64,000 nt of DNA from an uncultured Butyricicoccus sp. (GCA_944376065.1 CALWBL010000008.1:8418-72417); one strand, 5' to 3'; counted from the first letter of the stretch, positions 29,019-38,600 are shown. The notes: generated by a model from the sequence alone, not told the origin. Numbers and translations are program-made.

Positions 29019-29021
29019 TAC

Positions 29022-29056
29022 CGCTGGTCTGATGTGTTTCAGGCCAGCGATTTTTT
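29022..29056 (+). terminator. Intrinsic terminator-like hairpin
   Basis: CGCTGGTCTGA / TCAGGCCAGCG 11-bp stem followed by ATTTTTT. Confidence 0.65.
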
Positions 29057-29096
29057 AACTTCACAACCCGCTGTGAAAGGGTCACGGCGGTGTAGT

Positions 29097-29152
29097 AAGA
29101 AAAGTGGACGGCAACCCGACGGCGTTCCGTCACGAAGTACCGTCAAACTTCT
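29097..29152 (+). promoter_or_regulatory. Candidate S8-binding leader (16S helix 21 mimic)
   Basis: AAGTG-GACGG ... CCGTC-AAACTT pairing, directly 5' of the rpsH SD. Confidence 0.45.
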
Positions 29153-29169
29153 GAAAGGAGCAAGAAAGA

Positions 29170-29568
29170 ATGCAGATCACAGATCCAATTGCAGATATGT
29201 TGACCCGTATCCGCAACGCAGCTGCTGCTCGTCACGACTCTGTTGACGTTCCAGCATCTAAGATGAAGAAGTCCATCGCTCAAATTCTTCTTGACGAGGG
29301 CTACATCAAGAATTTCCAAATCGTAGACAATGGCAATCAGGGCATTATCCGTATCGCTCTGAAGTATGGTGCAAACCGCCAAAAGGCTATCACCGGCTTA
29401 AAGCGTGTTTCTAAGCCAGGTCTGCGTGTATACGCAGGTGCTCAGGAGCTTCCTAAGGTTCTTAGAGGACTTGGTATTGCAATTATTTCAACTTCCAAGG
29501 GCGTAATGACCGACAAGAAAGCTCGTGAGCTGAATGTTGGTGGCGAAGTCCTGGCATTCGTATGGTAA
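29170..29568 (+). CDS. rpsH: 30S ribosomal protein S8
   Basis: [23 protein letters not shown] and ISTSKGVMT. Confidence 0.98.
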   Translation: MQITDPIADMLTRIRNAAAARHDSVDVPASKMKKSIAQILLDEGYIKNFQIVDNGNQGIIRIALKYGANRQKAITGLKRVSKPGLRVYAGAQELPKVLRGLGIAIISTSKGVMTDKKARELNVGGEVLAFVW

Positions 29569-29583
29569 GGAGGGTAATGAATC

Positions 29584-30129
29584 ATGTCTAGAATCGGCAG
29601 AGCTCCCATTGCCATTCCAGCAGGCGTAAATGTCACTGTTGAAGGCACTACCGTTACTGTTAAGGGCGCAAAGGCTACCCTAACTCGTGACGTGCATCCA
29701 AATATGACTGTTAAGGTAGAAGGCAATGAGATTATTGTAACTCGTCCAAACGATGAGAAGCAAAACCGTGCACTTCACGGCTTAACTCGCAGCCTTATTA
29801 ACAACATGGTAATCGGCGTAAGCGAAGGCTTCAAAAAGGAACTTGACGTTAACGGCGTTGGCTACCGTGTACAGAAGCAGGGTAAAGACCTTGTTATGAA
29901 CCTGGGTTATTCACACCCAGTTACTATGACCGAAATCGAGGGCATCACTATTGAGTGTCCAACAGCTAATAAGATTATCGTTTCCGGTCCTGACAAGCAG
30001 AAGGTTGGCCAGTTTGCAGCTGAAATACGTGAAAAGCGTCCACCAGAGCCATATAAGGGCAAGGGTATTAAGTACGTTGATGAGTATATCCGCCGCAAGG
30101 AAGGCAAGACCGGCGCTAAGAAGAAGTAA
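29584..30129 (+). CDS. rplF: 50S ribosomal protein L6
   Basis: MSRIGR and [13 protein letters not shown]. Confidence 0.98.
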   Translation: MSRIGRAPIAIPAGVNVTVEGTTVTVKGAKATLTRDVHPNMTVKVEGNEIIVTRPNDEKQNRALHGLTRSLINNMVIGVSEGFKKELDVNGVGYRVQKQGKDLVMNLGYSHPVTMTEIEGITIECPTANKIIVSGPDKQKVGQFAAEIREKRPPEPYKGKGIKYVDEYIRRKEGKTGAKKK

Positions 30130-30147
30130 GGAAGGAGAGTGTGCTAA

Positions 30148-30507
30148 ATGGTTTCCAAGAAGGATTCTAACAAGGCGCGTCTTAAGCGCCATAAGAGAGT
30201 ACGCAGCAAGGTTTCTGGTACAGCTATTCGTCCACGCCTTGATGTATTTAGAAGTGCGAAGAACATCTATGCACAGGTTATCGACGATGTAGCAGGCGTA
30301 ACCTTAGTCTCCGCTTCTACCACAGAGAAGAGCTTCACTGAGTATGGCGGTAACAAGGACGCAGCTAAGAAGGTTGGTCTGATTATCGCAGAGCGTTGCA
30401 AGGCAAAGGGCATTGAAAACGTTGTATTTGACCGTGGTGGTTATCTGTACCATGGTCGTGTGAAGGAACTCGCAGAAGGTGCCCGCGAGGGCGGCCTTCA
30501 GTTTTAA
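30148..30507 (+). CDS. rplR: 50S ribosomal protein L18
   Basis: RPRLDVFRS and [15 protein letters not shown]. Confidence 0.98.
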   Translation: MVSKKDSNKARLKRHKRVRSKVSGTAIRPRLDVFRSAKNIYAQVIDDVAGVTLVSASTTEKSFTEYGGNKDAAKKVGLIIAERCKAKGIENVVFDRGGYLYHGRVKELAEGAREGGLQF

Positions 30508-30525
30508 GTCGGGAGGAGGTAAAAC

Positions 30526-31029
30526 ATGGCTAAGTTTGATCGTAACGAAAAGAGAGAGGACGAGTTCAAAGAAACCGTCGTATCCCTAAATCGTGTTTCC
30601 AAGACTGTTAAGGGCGGTCGTATCTTTAAGTTTGCAGCTCTTGTGGTTGTAGGCGACGGAAAGGGTACTGTTGGCTTCGGTCTAGGAAAGGCCTCCGAAG
30701 TTCCAGACGCAATCCGTAAGGGCATTGAGGACGCTAAGAAGAATCTTGTTAAGATTTCACTAAAGGGCACAAGTATCCCTCACGAAGTAATCGGTGAGTT
30801 CGGTGCTGGTCGAGTGCTTCTAAAGCCTGCTGCTACTGGTACTGGTGTTATCGCTGGTGGTGCAGTTCGTGCCGTTGTTGAGGCTGCTGGCATCAAGGAT
30901 ATCCGTACTAAATGCCTGCGTTCTAATAACCCACAGAACGTTGTAACCGCTACAATCGAAGGTCTAAAGAGCCTGCGTGACGCTGCTGAAGTTGCAGCAG
31001 TTCGTGGCAAGGCTGTTAATGAACTATAA
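30526..31029 (+). CDS. rpsE: 30S ribosomal protein S5
   Basis: [11 protein letters not shown] and GTGVIAGG. Confidence 0.98.
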   Translation: MAKFDRNEKREDEFKETVVSLNRVSKTVKGGRIFKFAALVVVGDGKGTVGFGLGKASEVPDAIRKGIEDAKKNLVKISLKGTSIPHEVIGEFGAGRVLLKPAATGTGVIAGGAVRAVVEAAGIKDIRTKCLRSNNPQNVVTATIEGLKSLRDAAEVAAVRGKAVNEL

Positions 31030-31048
31030 TATAGGAGGGTAATAAAAA

Positions 31049-31231
31049 ATGGCAAACATCAAGATTACCCTAAAAAAGAGCTTAGTTGGTCGTAAGGCAA
31101 ACCACATTGCAACAGCTAACGCTCTGGGTTTAAAGAAAATCAATGACGTAACTGTTCAGCCAGACAACGCTTGCACACGTGGCAAGATTGCTAAGATCAG
31201 TTACTTGCTTGAAATCGCAGAGGAGGTGTAA
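31049..31231 (+). CDS. rpmD: 50S ribosomal protein L30
   Basis: IKITLKKS...ALGL.KI; position in the operon. Confidence 0.95.
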   Translation: MANIKITLKKSLVGRKANHIATANALGLKKINDVTVQPDNACTRGKIAKISYLLEIAEEV

Positions 31232-31235
31232 ACTA

Positions 31236-31676
31236 ATGAAACTTCAGGATTTACAACCATCTGTAGGTTCTACCCGCCCTGCATACCGTAAGGGTCGTGG
31301 TGCTGGTTCCGGCAACGGTAAAACTGCTGGTCGTGGTCATAAGGGTCAGTGGGCTCGTTCTGGCGGTGGCGTTCGTCCAGGATTTGAAGGCGGTCAGATG
31401 CCTTTAGCTCGTCGTCTGCCTAAGCGCGGCTTTACCAACATCTTCGGTACAACTTACGCTCCAGTTAATGTAGATGCTCTAAACCGTTTTGAGGACGGCA
31501 CAGAAGTTACTACTGAGCTGTTAATCGAAACTGGTGTTATTTCTAAGGCTCTTGACGGTGTTAAGATTCTTGGTAATGGCGAAATCACAAAGAAGCTGAC
31601 CGTTAAGGCAGCAGCTTTCTCCGCTTCCGCTAAGCAGAAGATTGAGGCAGCTGGCGGAAAGGCTGAGGTGATCTAA
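31236..31676 (+). CDS. rplO: 50S ribosomal protein L15
   Basis: [19 protein letters not shown] and [17 protein letters not shown]. Confidence 0.98.
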   Translation: MKLQDLQPSVGSTRPAYRKGRGAGSGNGKTAGRGHKGQWARSGGGVRPGFEGGQMPLARRLPKRGFTNIFGTTYAPVNVDALNRFEDGTEVTTELLIETGVISKALDGVKILGNGEITKKLTVKAAAFSASAKQKIEAAGGKAEVI

Positions 31677-31677
31677 G

Positions 31678-32967
31678 GTGTTCGAGACACTTAGAAACGC
31701 ATGGCGGTCTCCAGAATTGCGTAAAAAGATTCTTTATACGTTGTTTATTCTGTTTATATTCCGTCTTGGCGCTTCAATTCCGGTGCCGTTTATCAATAAG
31801 GAATTGCTTGCAGCGTATTTCGCCCAGCTAGATTCAGCGGGTGGAATGCTCAGCTATATCAACGTATTTACCGGCGGCGGTTTGTCGAATGCAACTATTT
31901 TTGCAATGTCGATTACTCCGTATATTAACGCTTCCATTATCCTTCAGCTCCTTACAGTTGCAATTCCAGCACTTGAGCGTATGGTTAAGGATGGCGGTGA
32001 GGAAGGTCGTAAGAAAATCACATCTTGGACACGCTATTTAGCTGTTGTTCTTGGTTTGATTCAGGGCTTCTCTTTCTACATGATGCTTCGTAACGCAAGT
32101 CTTCTAAATAATACTAGCGTTTGGGCAGCAGTAGTTATTGTTATGACTTTTACCGCAGGTACTGCACTGATTATGTGGCTGGGTGAGCATATCACTCAGA
32201 ACGGCGTTGGCAATGGTATCTCGATCATCCTGTTTGCAGGCATTATTTCGCGTGGTCCTACACTGGCAAATAGCCTGTACACTCTCGTCACAACTGGCGG
32301 CAAGGGCGCACTGACAGCTGCATTGATGGTTATTATCGGTTTGGCTCTGGTCGTGTTCATCGTTTATATGTCTAACGCTGAGCGTAGAATTCCTATTCAG
32401 TATGCTAAGCGTGTTGTTGGTAGAAAAATGTATGGCGGTCAGTCTACTTTCCTGCCAATTAAGGTTAATGCAACCGGCGTTATGCCAATTATCTTTGCAT
32501 CATCAATTCTGTCACTTCCGTCTACAGTATTTGCGTTCTATACGCCGCAGACGGGCAGTATCGGTGCTGTCGTCAAGGATTTGTTCTCTCAGGACAATCC
32601 GTTCTATATTGTACTTTATGCAATTATGATTATCGCTTTCTCGTATTTTTACGCTTCGATACAGTTTAATCCGATTGAAATTGCGAATAATCTTAAAAAG
32701 AATGGTGGCTTTATCCCAGGTTTCCGTCCTGGTAAGCCTACCTCAGATTTTATTACCAAGGCTCTAGCCAAGGTAGTTTTCGTTGGTGCATTGTTCTTAG
32801 GTGTTGTAGCTCTTTTACCACTTATTGTTGGTGCATTCTCAACCAGCCTTCAGAATGTCGCTGTCGGCGGTACTTCTGTTATTATTTTGGTTGGTGTTGC
32901 TCTTGAAACTGTTAAGCAAATTGAGGCTCAGCTTACAATGCGTCACCATAAGGGATTCTTAGAATAA
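31678..32967 (+). CDS. secY: Preprotein translocase subunit SecY
   Basis: SITPYINASIILQLL, GVGNGISIILFAG and PGFRPG; 10 TM segments. Confidence 0.98.
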   Translation: MFETLRNAWRSPELRKKILYTLFILFIFRLGASIPVPFINKELLAAYFAQLDSAGGMLSYINVFTGGGLSNATIFAMSITPYINASIILQLLTVAIPALERMVKDGGEEGRKKITSWTRYLAVVLGLIQGFSFYMMLRNASLLNNTSVWAAVVIVMTFTAGTALIMWLGEHITQNGVGNGISIILFAGIISRGPTLANSLYTLVTTGGKGALTAALMVIIGLALVVFIVYMSNAERRIPIQYAKRVVGRKMYGGQSTFLPIKVNATGVMPIIFASSILSLPSTVFAFYTPQTGSIGAVVKDLFSQDNPFYIVLYAIMIIAFSYFYASIQFNPIEIANNLKKNGGFIPGFRPGKPTSDFITKALAKVVFVGALFLGVVALLPLIVGAFSTSLQNVAVGGTSVIILVGVALETVKQIEAQLTMRHHKGFLE

Positions 32968-33000
32968 GAATATCCACGTTTAAATCTGGAGGCAATAACA

Positions 33001-33630
33001 GTGAATTTGATTTTACTAGGTGCTCCGGGTGCTGGTAAGGGTACTTTAGCGGCATATCTCATCGAAAAAATGGGTGTGCCGTCTGTATCCACCGGCAATA
33101 TTCTCCGTGAAGCAATTGCAAATAATACACCACTTGGCATGAAAGCTAAGCAGTTTATGGACTCAGGTCAGCTTGTTCCAGACCAACTGGTTATTGATCT
33201 ACTCAAAGACCGTATTGCTCAGGACGACTGTAAGAATGGTTTTATTCTTGATGGTTTCCCACGCACTATTCCGCAGGCTGAAGAACTGGACAAGATTGCA
33301 AACATTGATTGTGCTTTGTCTCTTGAAGTGCCAGATGAGGTTATCGAAGGTCGTATGACTGGTCGTCGAGTATGCCTAAAGTGTGGTGCGACTTATCATA
33401 TTGAGGCAAACCCACCAAAGAAAGAAAATACTTGTGATAACTGTGCAGAGGCTCTGCATATTCGTAAGGACGACCATGCAGATGTTGTCAAGAACCGTCT
33501 TGCTACTTACCATGAGCAGACCGAACCATTAAAGGATTACTACGGTAAGCAGGGCAAGGTTAAGAGCATTGACGGAACACAGGGCATTGAAGAAACCAAG
33601 CGTCTTGCTGAACAGGCTCTGGGGCTTTGA
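33001..33630 (+). CDS. adk: Adenylate kinase
   Basis: GAPGAGKGT P-loop, LDGFPR, and a Zn-type LID (CLKC...CDNC). GTG start. Confidence 0.97.
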   Translation: MNLILLGAPGAGKGTLAAYLIEKMGVPSVSTGNILREAIANNTPLGMKAKQFMDSGQLVPDQLVIDLLKDRIAQDDCKNGFILDGFPRTIPQAEELDKIANIDCALSLEVPDEVIEGRMTGRRVCLKCGATYHIEANPPKKENTCDNCAEALHIRKDDHADVVKNRLATYHEQTEPLKDYYGKQGKVKSIDGTQGIEETKRLAEQALGL

Positions 33631-33636
33631 TGCGAT

Positions 33637-34401
33637 ATGATTCAAATTAAAACGGAAAAAGAATTGGAGCTTATGAGAGTGGCTTGCAAAATAACTGCAA
33701 TCGCTCGTAAAGCAGCGGCTGATGCTGTGGCTCCGGGAGTTACTACAGACGAAATTGACCGAGCTGTCCACAAAGCTATTAAGAGCCATGGAGCTGTTCC
33801 ATCTTTCTTAGGCTATGCTGGCTTTCCGGCAAGCGCCTGTGTATCGATAAATGATGAGGTTATACATGGTATCCCATCTAAAAAGCGTGTTGTACATGAG
33901 GGCGATATCGTTAAAGTTGATGTCGGTGCTTATATACATGGCTTTCATGGCGATTGTGCTTGCACCATCGCTTGCGGTGAGGTTACCGAGGAAGCTAAAC
34001 GCCTTATCGAGGTAACTCGACAGAGTTTCTATGAGGGTATCAAGTTTGCCCGTGTAGGCAATCGAGTTTCTGATATTTCAAGTGCAATTCAGGCTTATGT
34101 TGAAGCACATGGTTTTTCAGTTGTGCGTGATTTTGTTGGTCACGGTGTAGGTAAAAACCTGCATGAAAGCCCTGAAGTTCCTAACTTCGGCAGACCAGGT
34201 CATGGAATTCGCTTGCAGCCAGGAATGACACTTGCCATTGAACCCATGGTCAATGTGGGAACATATGGTGTGAAAGTCCTTGCAGATGGCTGGACTGTGA
34301 AAACCAAAGATGGTAAGCTGTCAGCACACTATGAAAATACTGTGGCGATTACCGACTCAGAGCCGGAAATCCTCACAAATATCGATGGAGAGGTACTTTA
34401 A
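33637..34401 (+). CDS. map: Type I methionine aminopeptidase
   Basis: SINDEVIHGIP, GHGVG, AIEPM and SAHYENT. Confidence 0.97.
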   Translation: MIQIKTEKELELMRVACKITAIARKAAADAVAPGVTTDEIDRAVHKAIKSHGAVPSFLGYAGFPASACVSINDEVIHGIPSKKRVVHEGDIVKVDVGAYIHGFHGDCACTIACGEVTEEAKRLIEVTRQSFYEGIKFARVGNRVSDISSAIQAYVEAHGFSVVRDFVGHGVGKNLHESPEVPNFGRPGHGIRLQPGMTLAIEPMVNVGTYGVKVLADGWTVKTKDGKLSAHYENTVAITDSEPEILTNIDGEVL

Positions 34402-34403
34402 AA

Positions 34404-34703
34404 GTGCAATCCCATATTTCTGATATTGTTTTGTCGCTGTCCGGTCGTGATAAAGATGAAATTATGATTGTCATTAAAGAAGACGATGATTATATCTATC
34501 TTGCAAACGGAAAGGGACGGAGGGCGGAAAACCCAAAACGTAAAAAGCGTAAGCATGTTGCGTATCAGGGTGCGTGTGATGAGTGGACCAAACAGCGTCT
34601 ATTTGTAAACGGTCGCCTGACCAATAGTGAAATCCGCAAGGCTCTTGCTATTTTTAAGCAAGATGCACCTGATAAAGGGGATTTATCACCCCAATCAAAT
34701 TGA
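34404..34703 (+). CDS. KOW-domain RNA-binding protein (L14e-like)
   Basis: V.SLSGRDK...LANG..R....PKRKKRKH, located between map and infA. Confidence 0.85.
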   Translation: MQSHISDIVLSLSGRDKDEIMIVIKEDDDYIYLANGKGRRAENPKRKKRKHVAYQGACDEWTKQRLFVNGRLTNSEIRKALAIFKQDAPDKGDLSPQSN

Positions 34704-34726
34704 CCGAGGAAGGTAAGATTACTTTT

Positions 34727-34945
34727 ATGGCTAAAGATGATGTAATTGAGCTGGAAGGTACCGTCATAGAGGCGCTGCCAAATGCGACGTTCAAAGTGGA
34801 AATTCCGGGTGGACATCAGATTCTTGCCCATATATCCGGCAAGCTCCGCATGAACTTTATCCGCATTCTACCTGGTGACAAGGTCACGGTTCAAATGTCA
34901 CCTTACGACCTGACCCGTGGTCGTATAACTTGGCGTTCTAAGTAA
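34727..34945 (+). CDS. infA: Translation initiation factor IF-1
   Basis: [24 protein letters not shown] and [10 protein letters not shown]. Confidence 0.98.
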   Translation: MAKDDVIELEGTVIEALPNATFKVEIPGGHQILAHISGKLRMNFIRILPGDKVTVQMSPYDLTRGRITWRSK

Positions 34946-35036
34946 GGCTAAGAATAAAGCGGGCGGAGGCACATTTGTGACCTAAAGTGCCAGTGGTCGT
35001 TGATTCTAAAATCAATGTCCCATCTCACCATAATAA

Positions 35037-35171
<135 letters not shown>

Positions 35172-35179
35172 TTTTTTAG

Positions 35180-35209
35180 TTTACAGCTTGTAGATATTTG
35201 TGGTATCAT
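35180..35209 (+). promoter_or_regulatory. Putative internal promoter for rpsM-rpsK-rpsD-rpoA-rplQ
   Basis: TTTACA-18 nt-TATCAT with extended TG. Confidence 0.5.
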
Positions 35210-35352
35210 AAGCTGTGTATAAATTTTTCTGTTGTTTAAACGAAACCGACAAGCACACAGGGCAAACCTTGCGGCGCTGCAGAAGCGGAGGCGGCTTCTA
35301 TACTGGTTTTGTAAATACGCCTCAGTGTTAAACTTTTGGAGGTAATTATACT

Positions 35353-35721
35353 ATGGCACGTATTGCCGGTGTTGACCTTCCTCGTGAAAAGCGCGTAGAA
35401 ATTGGTTTAACCTATATCTACGGCATCGGTAGGAAGCTGTCTAATGACATTCTCACAAAAACTGGTATCAATCCAGATACCCGTGTAAAGGATTTGACCG
35501 AAGACGAGGCTGCTAAGCTGCGTGAAGTTATCGAACGTGACTACACAGTAGAAGGCGACCTGCGTCGTGAAATCGGTCTTAATATCAAGCGTTTGGTAGA
35601 AATTGGTTGTTACCGTGGTCTGCGTCATCGTCGTGGTCTGCCTGTTCGTGGTCAAAGAACCAAGACTAACGCTCGTACTCGCAAGGGTCCTAAGAAGACC
35701 ATTGCTAATAAGAAGAAGTAA
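35353..35721 (+). CDS. rpsM: 30S ribosomal protein S13
   Basis: [10 protein letters not shown] and [19 protein letters not shown]. Confidence 0.98.
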   Translation: MARIAGVDLPREKRVEIGLTYIYGIGRKLSNDILTKTGINPDTRVKDLTEDEAAKLREVIERDYTVEGDLRREIGLNIKRLVEIGCYRGLRHRRGLPVRGQRTKTNARTRKGPKKTIANKKK

Positions 35722-35737
35722 GGAGGGAGCGAGATAA

Positions 35738-36142
35738 ATGGCTAAGGTACAGAAAAAGGGCACTCAGGTTCGCACTAAGCGTCGTGAGCGTAAAAACATT
35801 GAAAAGGGTGCAGCTCATATCCGCTCTTCCTTTAACAATACTATTGTTACCATCACTGATTTACATGGTAACGCAATCTCTTGGGCATCTGCTGGTGAAA
35901 TGGGCTTCCGTGGCTCTCGTAAGTCTACACCATTCGCTGCTCAGACTGCTGCAGAAACCGCTGCTAAGGCTGCTATGGAGCACGGTCTGAAAACTGTTGA
36001 GGTTTTCGTTAAGGGCCCTGGTTCAGGTCGTGAAGCTGCTATACGTGCATTGCAGGCAACTGGTCTTGAGGTAACTATGATTAAGGACGTTACCCCAATT
36101 CCACACAACGGTTGTCGCCCACCAAAGAGAAGAAGAGTATAA
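35738..36142 (+). CDS. rpsK: 30S ribosomal protein S11
   Basis: [16 protein letters not shown] and [18 protein letters not shown]. Confidence 0.98.
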   Translation: MAKVQKKGTQVRTKRRERKNIEKGAAHIRSSFNNTIVTITDLHGNAISWASAGEMGFRGSRKSTPFAAQTAAETAAKAAMEHGLKTVEVFVKGPGSGREAAIRALQATGLEVTMIKDVTPIPHNGCRPPKRRRV

Positions 36143-36162
36143 TTTAAGGAGGAACCAAAACT

Positions 36163-36759
36163 ATGGCAAAGAATATGCAGCCAATTACTAAGCGTTGCAG
36201 AACGCTGGGTCTTTCACCAGCTGTCCTTGGTTACTCCAAGGAATACACTAAGCGTAACCCTAAGCAAACTCGCCGCAAGCAGTCCGAATATGGTATGCAG
36301 CTAAACGAGAAGCAGAAGGTTAAGTTCATTTACGGCGTACTTGAGAAGCAGTTCCGTGCTTACTACGAGAAGGCTGAACGTAAGCAGGGCATCACTGGTG
36401 AAATTCTGCTTCAGGAGCTTGAGCGTCGTCTGGATAACGTAGTTTTCCGTATGGGCTTTGCAAATACCCGTCGTGAAGCTCGTCAGCTCGTAAACCACGG
36501 TCACTTCACTGTAAACGGCAAGCGTGTAAACATTCCATCTTACCAGATTAAGCCAGGTGATGTTGTTGCAGTTTGCGAGAAGTCCCGCACAACTACTAAG
36601 TTTAAGTCTCTTATCGAAGAGCAGGGCAAGAAGGTTTGTCCAAAGTGGATTGACAAGGCTGCTGATTCATTTGAAGGCAAAGTTATTGCTATGCCAGCTC
36701 GTGACGATATCGACTACGAAGTAGCTGAGCACTTGATCGTCGAGTTGTACTCCAAATAA
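36163..36759 (+). CDS. rpsD: 30S ribosomal protein S4
   Basis: [22 protein letters not shown] and ARQLVNHGH. Confidence 0.98.
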   Translation: MAKNMQPITKRCRTLGLSPAVLGYSKEYTKRNPKQTRRKQSEYGMQLNEKQKVKFIYGVLEKQFRAYYEKAERKQGITGEILLQELERRLDNVVFRMGFANTRREARQLVNHGHFTVNGKRVNIPSYQIKPGDVVAVCEKSRTTTKFKSLIEEQGKKVCPKWIDKAADSFEGKVIAMPARDDIDYEVAEHLIVELYSK

Positions 36760-36903
36760 GCCAAATTCGCAATTTTGGATTTTTTATTCTGTGCAGCGTT
36801 TGCTGTGGCTGGTTTTGCTTGGCATTTCTGCTGCGGCTAATTTCGCTGCACAGATTTCCATCTTAAAAAGTAATTGGCCGAAATATGAAGGAGGGTACTA
36901 TAA

Positions 36904-37851
36904 ATGATCGAAATCGAAAAGCCACGCATTGACTGTGAGGAACTCGCCGAGGACGGTTCCTACGGTAAATTTGTTGTTGAGCCTCTTGAAAGAGGTTATG
37001 GCACAACGCTGGGTAACTCCCTGCGTCGAATCCTGTTGTCCTCCCTGCCAGGTACTGCTGCAAGCTCTATTAAGATTGCAGGTGTACAGCATGAGTTTTC
37101 CACCATTCCTGGTGTGAAGGAAGATGTTACTGAAATCGTTCTGAATGTTAAGAAAATCGTTGCAAAGCTGCACTGTGATGGCCCTAAGACAGTTTATATC
37201 GAAGCTGCAGGCGAAGGTGTGGTTCGTGCAGGCGATATTCATTCTGACGGCGAAGTAGAAATTCTGAATCCTGAACTGCATATCGCTACTCTGATGAGTG
37301 ATGCAAGACTTTCTATGGAGATCACCCTGACTTCTGGTCGTGGCTATGTTCCAGCTGAACGTAACAAGCAGTATCAGACAGCAATCGGTGTTATTCCAGT
37401 AGACTCAATTTATACTCCTGTATATAAGGTTAACTACACCGTTGAAAATACTCGTGTTGGTAATATGACCGACTACGATAAGCTGACACTGGAAGTATGG
37501 ACAGATTGCACCATTGCAGCCAAGGATGCTGTTTCTCTGGGTGCAAAAGTCCTGCGTGACCATCTCGATTTGTTCGTTGACCTTTCTGAAGAAATCGGCT
37601 CTAAGTCTACTGTGGTTGAAAAGGCTGAAGCACAGCATGATAAGGTTCTTGAAATGACAATCGAAGAACTTGATTTCTCCGTGCGTTCTTTCAACTGCTT
37701 AAAGCGTGCAGGCATCAACACTGTGGAAGACCTAATCAATACTTCTGAAGAAGATATGATGAAGGTTCGTAATTTAGGCCGCAAATCTCTGGAAGAGGTT
37801 ATCGGTAAGCTGGAGGCAATGGGCCTTGGCCTTGCAAAGTCTGAAGAGTAA
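36904..37851 (+). CDS. rpoA: RNA polymerase alpha subunit
   Basis: [37 protein letters not shown] and RNLGRKSL. Confidence 0.98.
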   Translation: MIEIEKPRIDCEELAEDGSYGKFVVEPLERGYGTTLGNSLRRILLSSLPGTAASSIKIAGVQHEFSTIPGVKEDVTEIVLNVKKIVAKLHCDGPKTVYIEAAGEGVVRAGDIHSDGEVEILNPELHIATLMSDARLSMEITLTSGRGYVPAERNKQYQTAIGVIPVDSIYTPVYKVNYTVENTRVGNMTDYDKLTLEVWTDCTIAAKDAVSLGAKVLRDHLDLFVDLSEEIGSKSTVVEKAEAQHDKVLEMTIEELDFSVRSFNCLKRAGINTVEDLINTSEEDMMKVRNLGRKSLEEVIGKLEAMGLGLAKSEE

Positions 37852-37974
37852 TTAAATTTTCAGCCGAAAATATAGCCGAATTGGGATATTTTCGTATTAA
37901 GTTAGAAGCACTATCGGCGGATAGTTTTGCCGCTTTGCCGCCGATTTCATATAAGCCTATGGAGGTATAATATT

Positions 37975-38316
37975 ATGGCAAAGAATCGTAAGCTGGGCAG
38001 AACCAGCGATCACCGTCGTGCAATGCTCCGTGCAATGGTAACTTACCTGCTGGAGAACGGTCGTATCGAAACAACTCTTGCTCGTGCAAAGGAGGTTGCT
38101 CCAATGTGCGAAAAGATGATAACACTTGGTAAGAAGAACACTCTGGCAACTCGTCGTCAGGCAATGGCTTACATCACTAAGGAAGCTGTTGTTGCTAAGC
38201 TGTTCTCTGAAACTGCTCCAAGCTATGCTGAGCGTAATGGCGGTTACACCCGTATCATTAAGACAGGTCCACGTCGTGGTGACTGTGCTGAAATGGCAAT
38301 TATCGAGCTTGTTTAA
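37975..38316 (+). CDS. rplQ: 50S ribosomal protein L17
   Basis: [13 protein letters not shown] and GGYTRI...RRGD.AEMA. Confidence 0.98.
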   Translation: MAKNRKLGRTSDHRRAMLRAMVTYLLENGRIETTLARAKEVAPMCEKMITLGKKNTLATRRQAMAYITKEAVVAKLFSETAPSYAERNGGYTRIIKTGPRRGDCAEMAIIELV

Positions 38317-38339
38317 TTTAACGGTTTGATTTATTTTCA

Positions 38340-38383
38340 AAGAGCTTATCCTGAGGAGTGCTTCTCAGGGTATGCTCTTTTTT
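38340..38383 (+). terminator. Terminator of the alpha operon
   Basis: AGAGC-TATCCTGAG / CTCAGGGTA-TGCTCT stem followed by a T-tract. Confidence 0.75.
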
Positions 38384-38387
38384 ATTT

Positions 38388-38416
38388 GTATAAAATTTTT
38401 AAAATTCATCATACTA
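38388..38416 (+). promoter_or_regulatory. Putative sigma-G-type (forespore) promoter
   Basis: GTATA-17 nt-CATACTA matches the B. subtilis sigma-G consensus (GHATR / CATWHTA). Confidence 0.45.
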
Positions 38417-38433
38417 TAAATGGGTGATGAATT

Positions 38434-38598
38434 ATGAGAGAACAAAAGAAAAACCACGCAATGGATATGAGAATAAATCCAGAAACAAGACTTTGCCCTA
38501 AATTTGATATGAATAGCATAGCAAAATATGAAGTGGCAAAACGTGATGAGATGGGCGTGAGAGTAGTTGACAACTGTGCAGAGGAGCATATAATGTAA
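38434..38598 (+). CDS. Small 54-aa hypothetical protein
   Basis: Missed by the ORF track. MREQKKNHAMDMRINPETRLCPKFDMNSIAKYEVAKRDEMGVRVVDNCAEEHIM, with SD-like GGGTGA, its own promoter and a terminator. Confidence 0.55.
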   Translation: MREQKKNHAMDMRINPETRLCPKFDMNSIAKYEVAKRDEMGVRVVDNCAEEHIM

Positions 38599-38600
38599 AC

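Larger units (their letters stand above)
28791..29056 (+). ncRNA. Putative standalone structured ncRNA (6S-like architecture)
   Basis: Bounded by promoter P1 and a terminator at 29022-29056. The hand fold gives long-range stems and a central bubble. No ORF with an SD. Confidence 0.35.
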
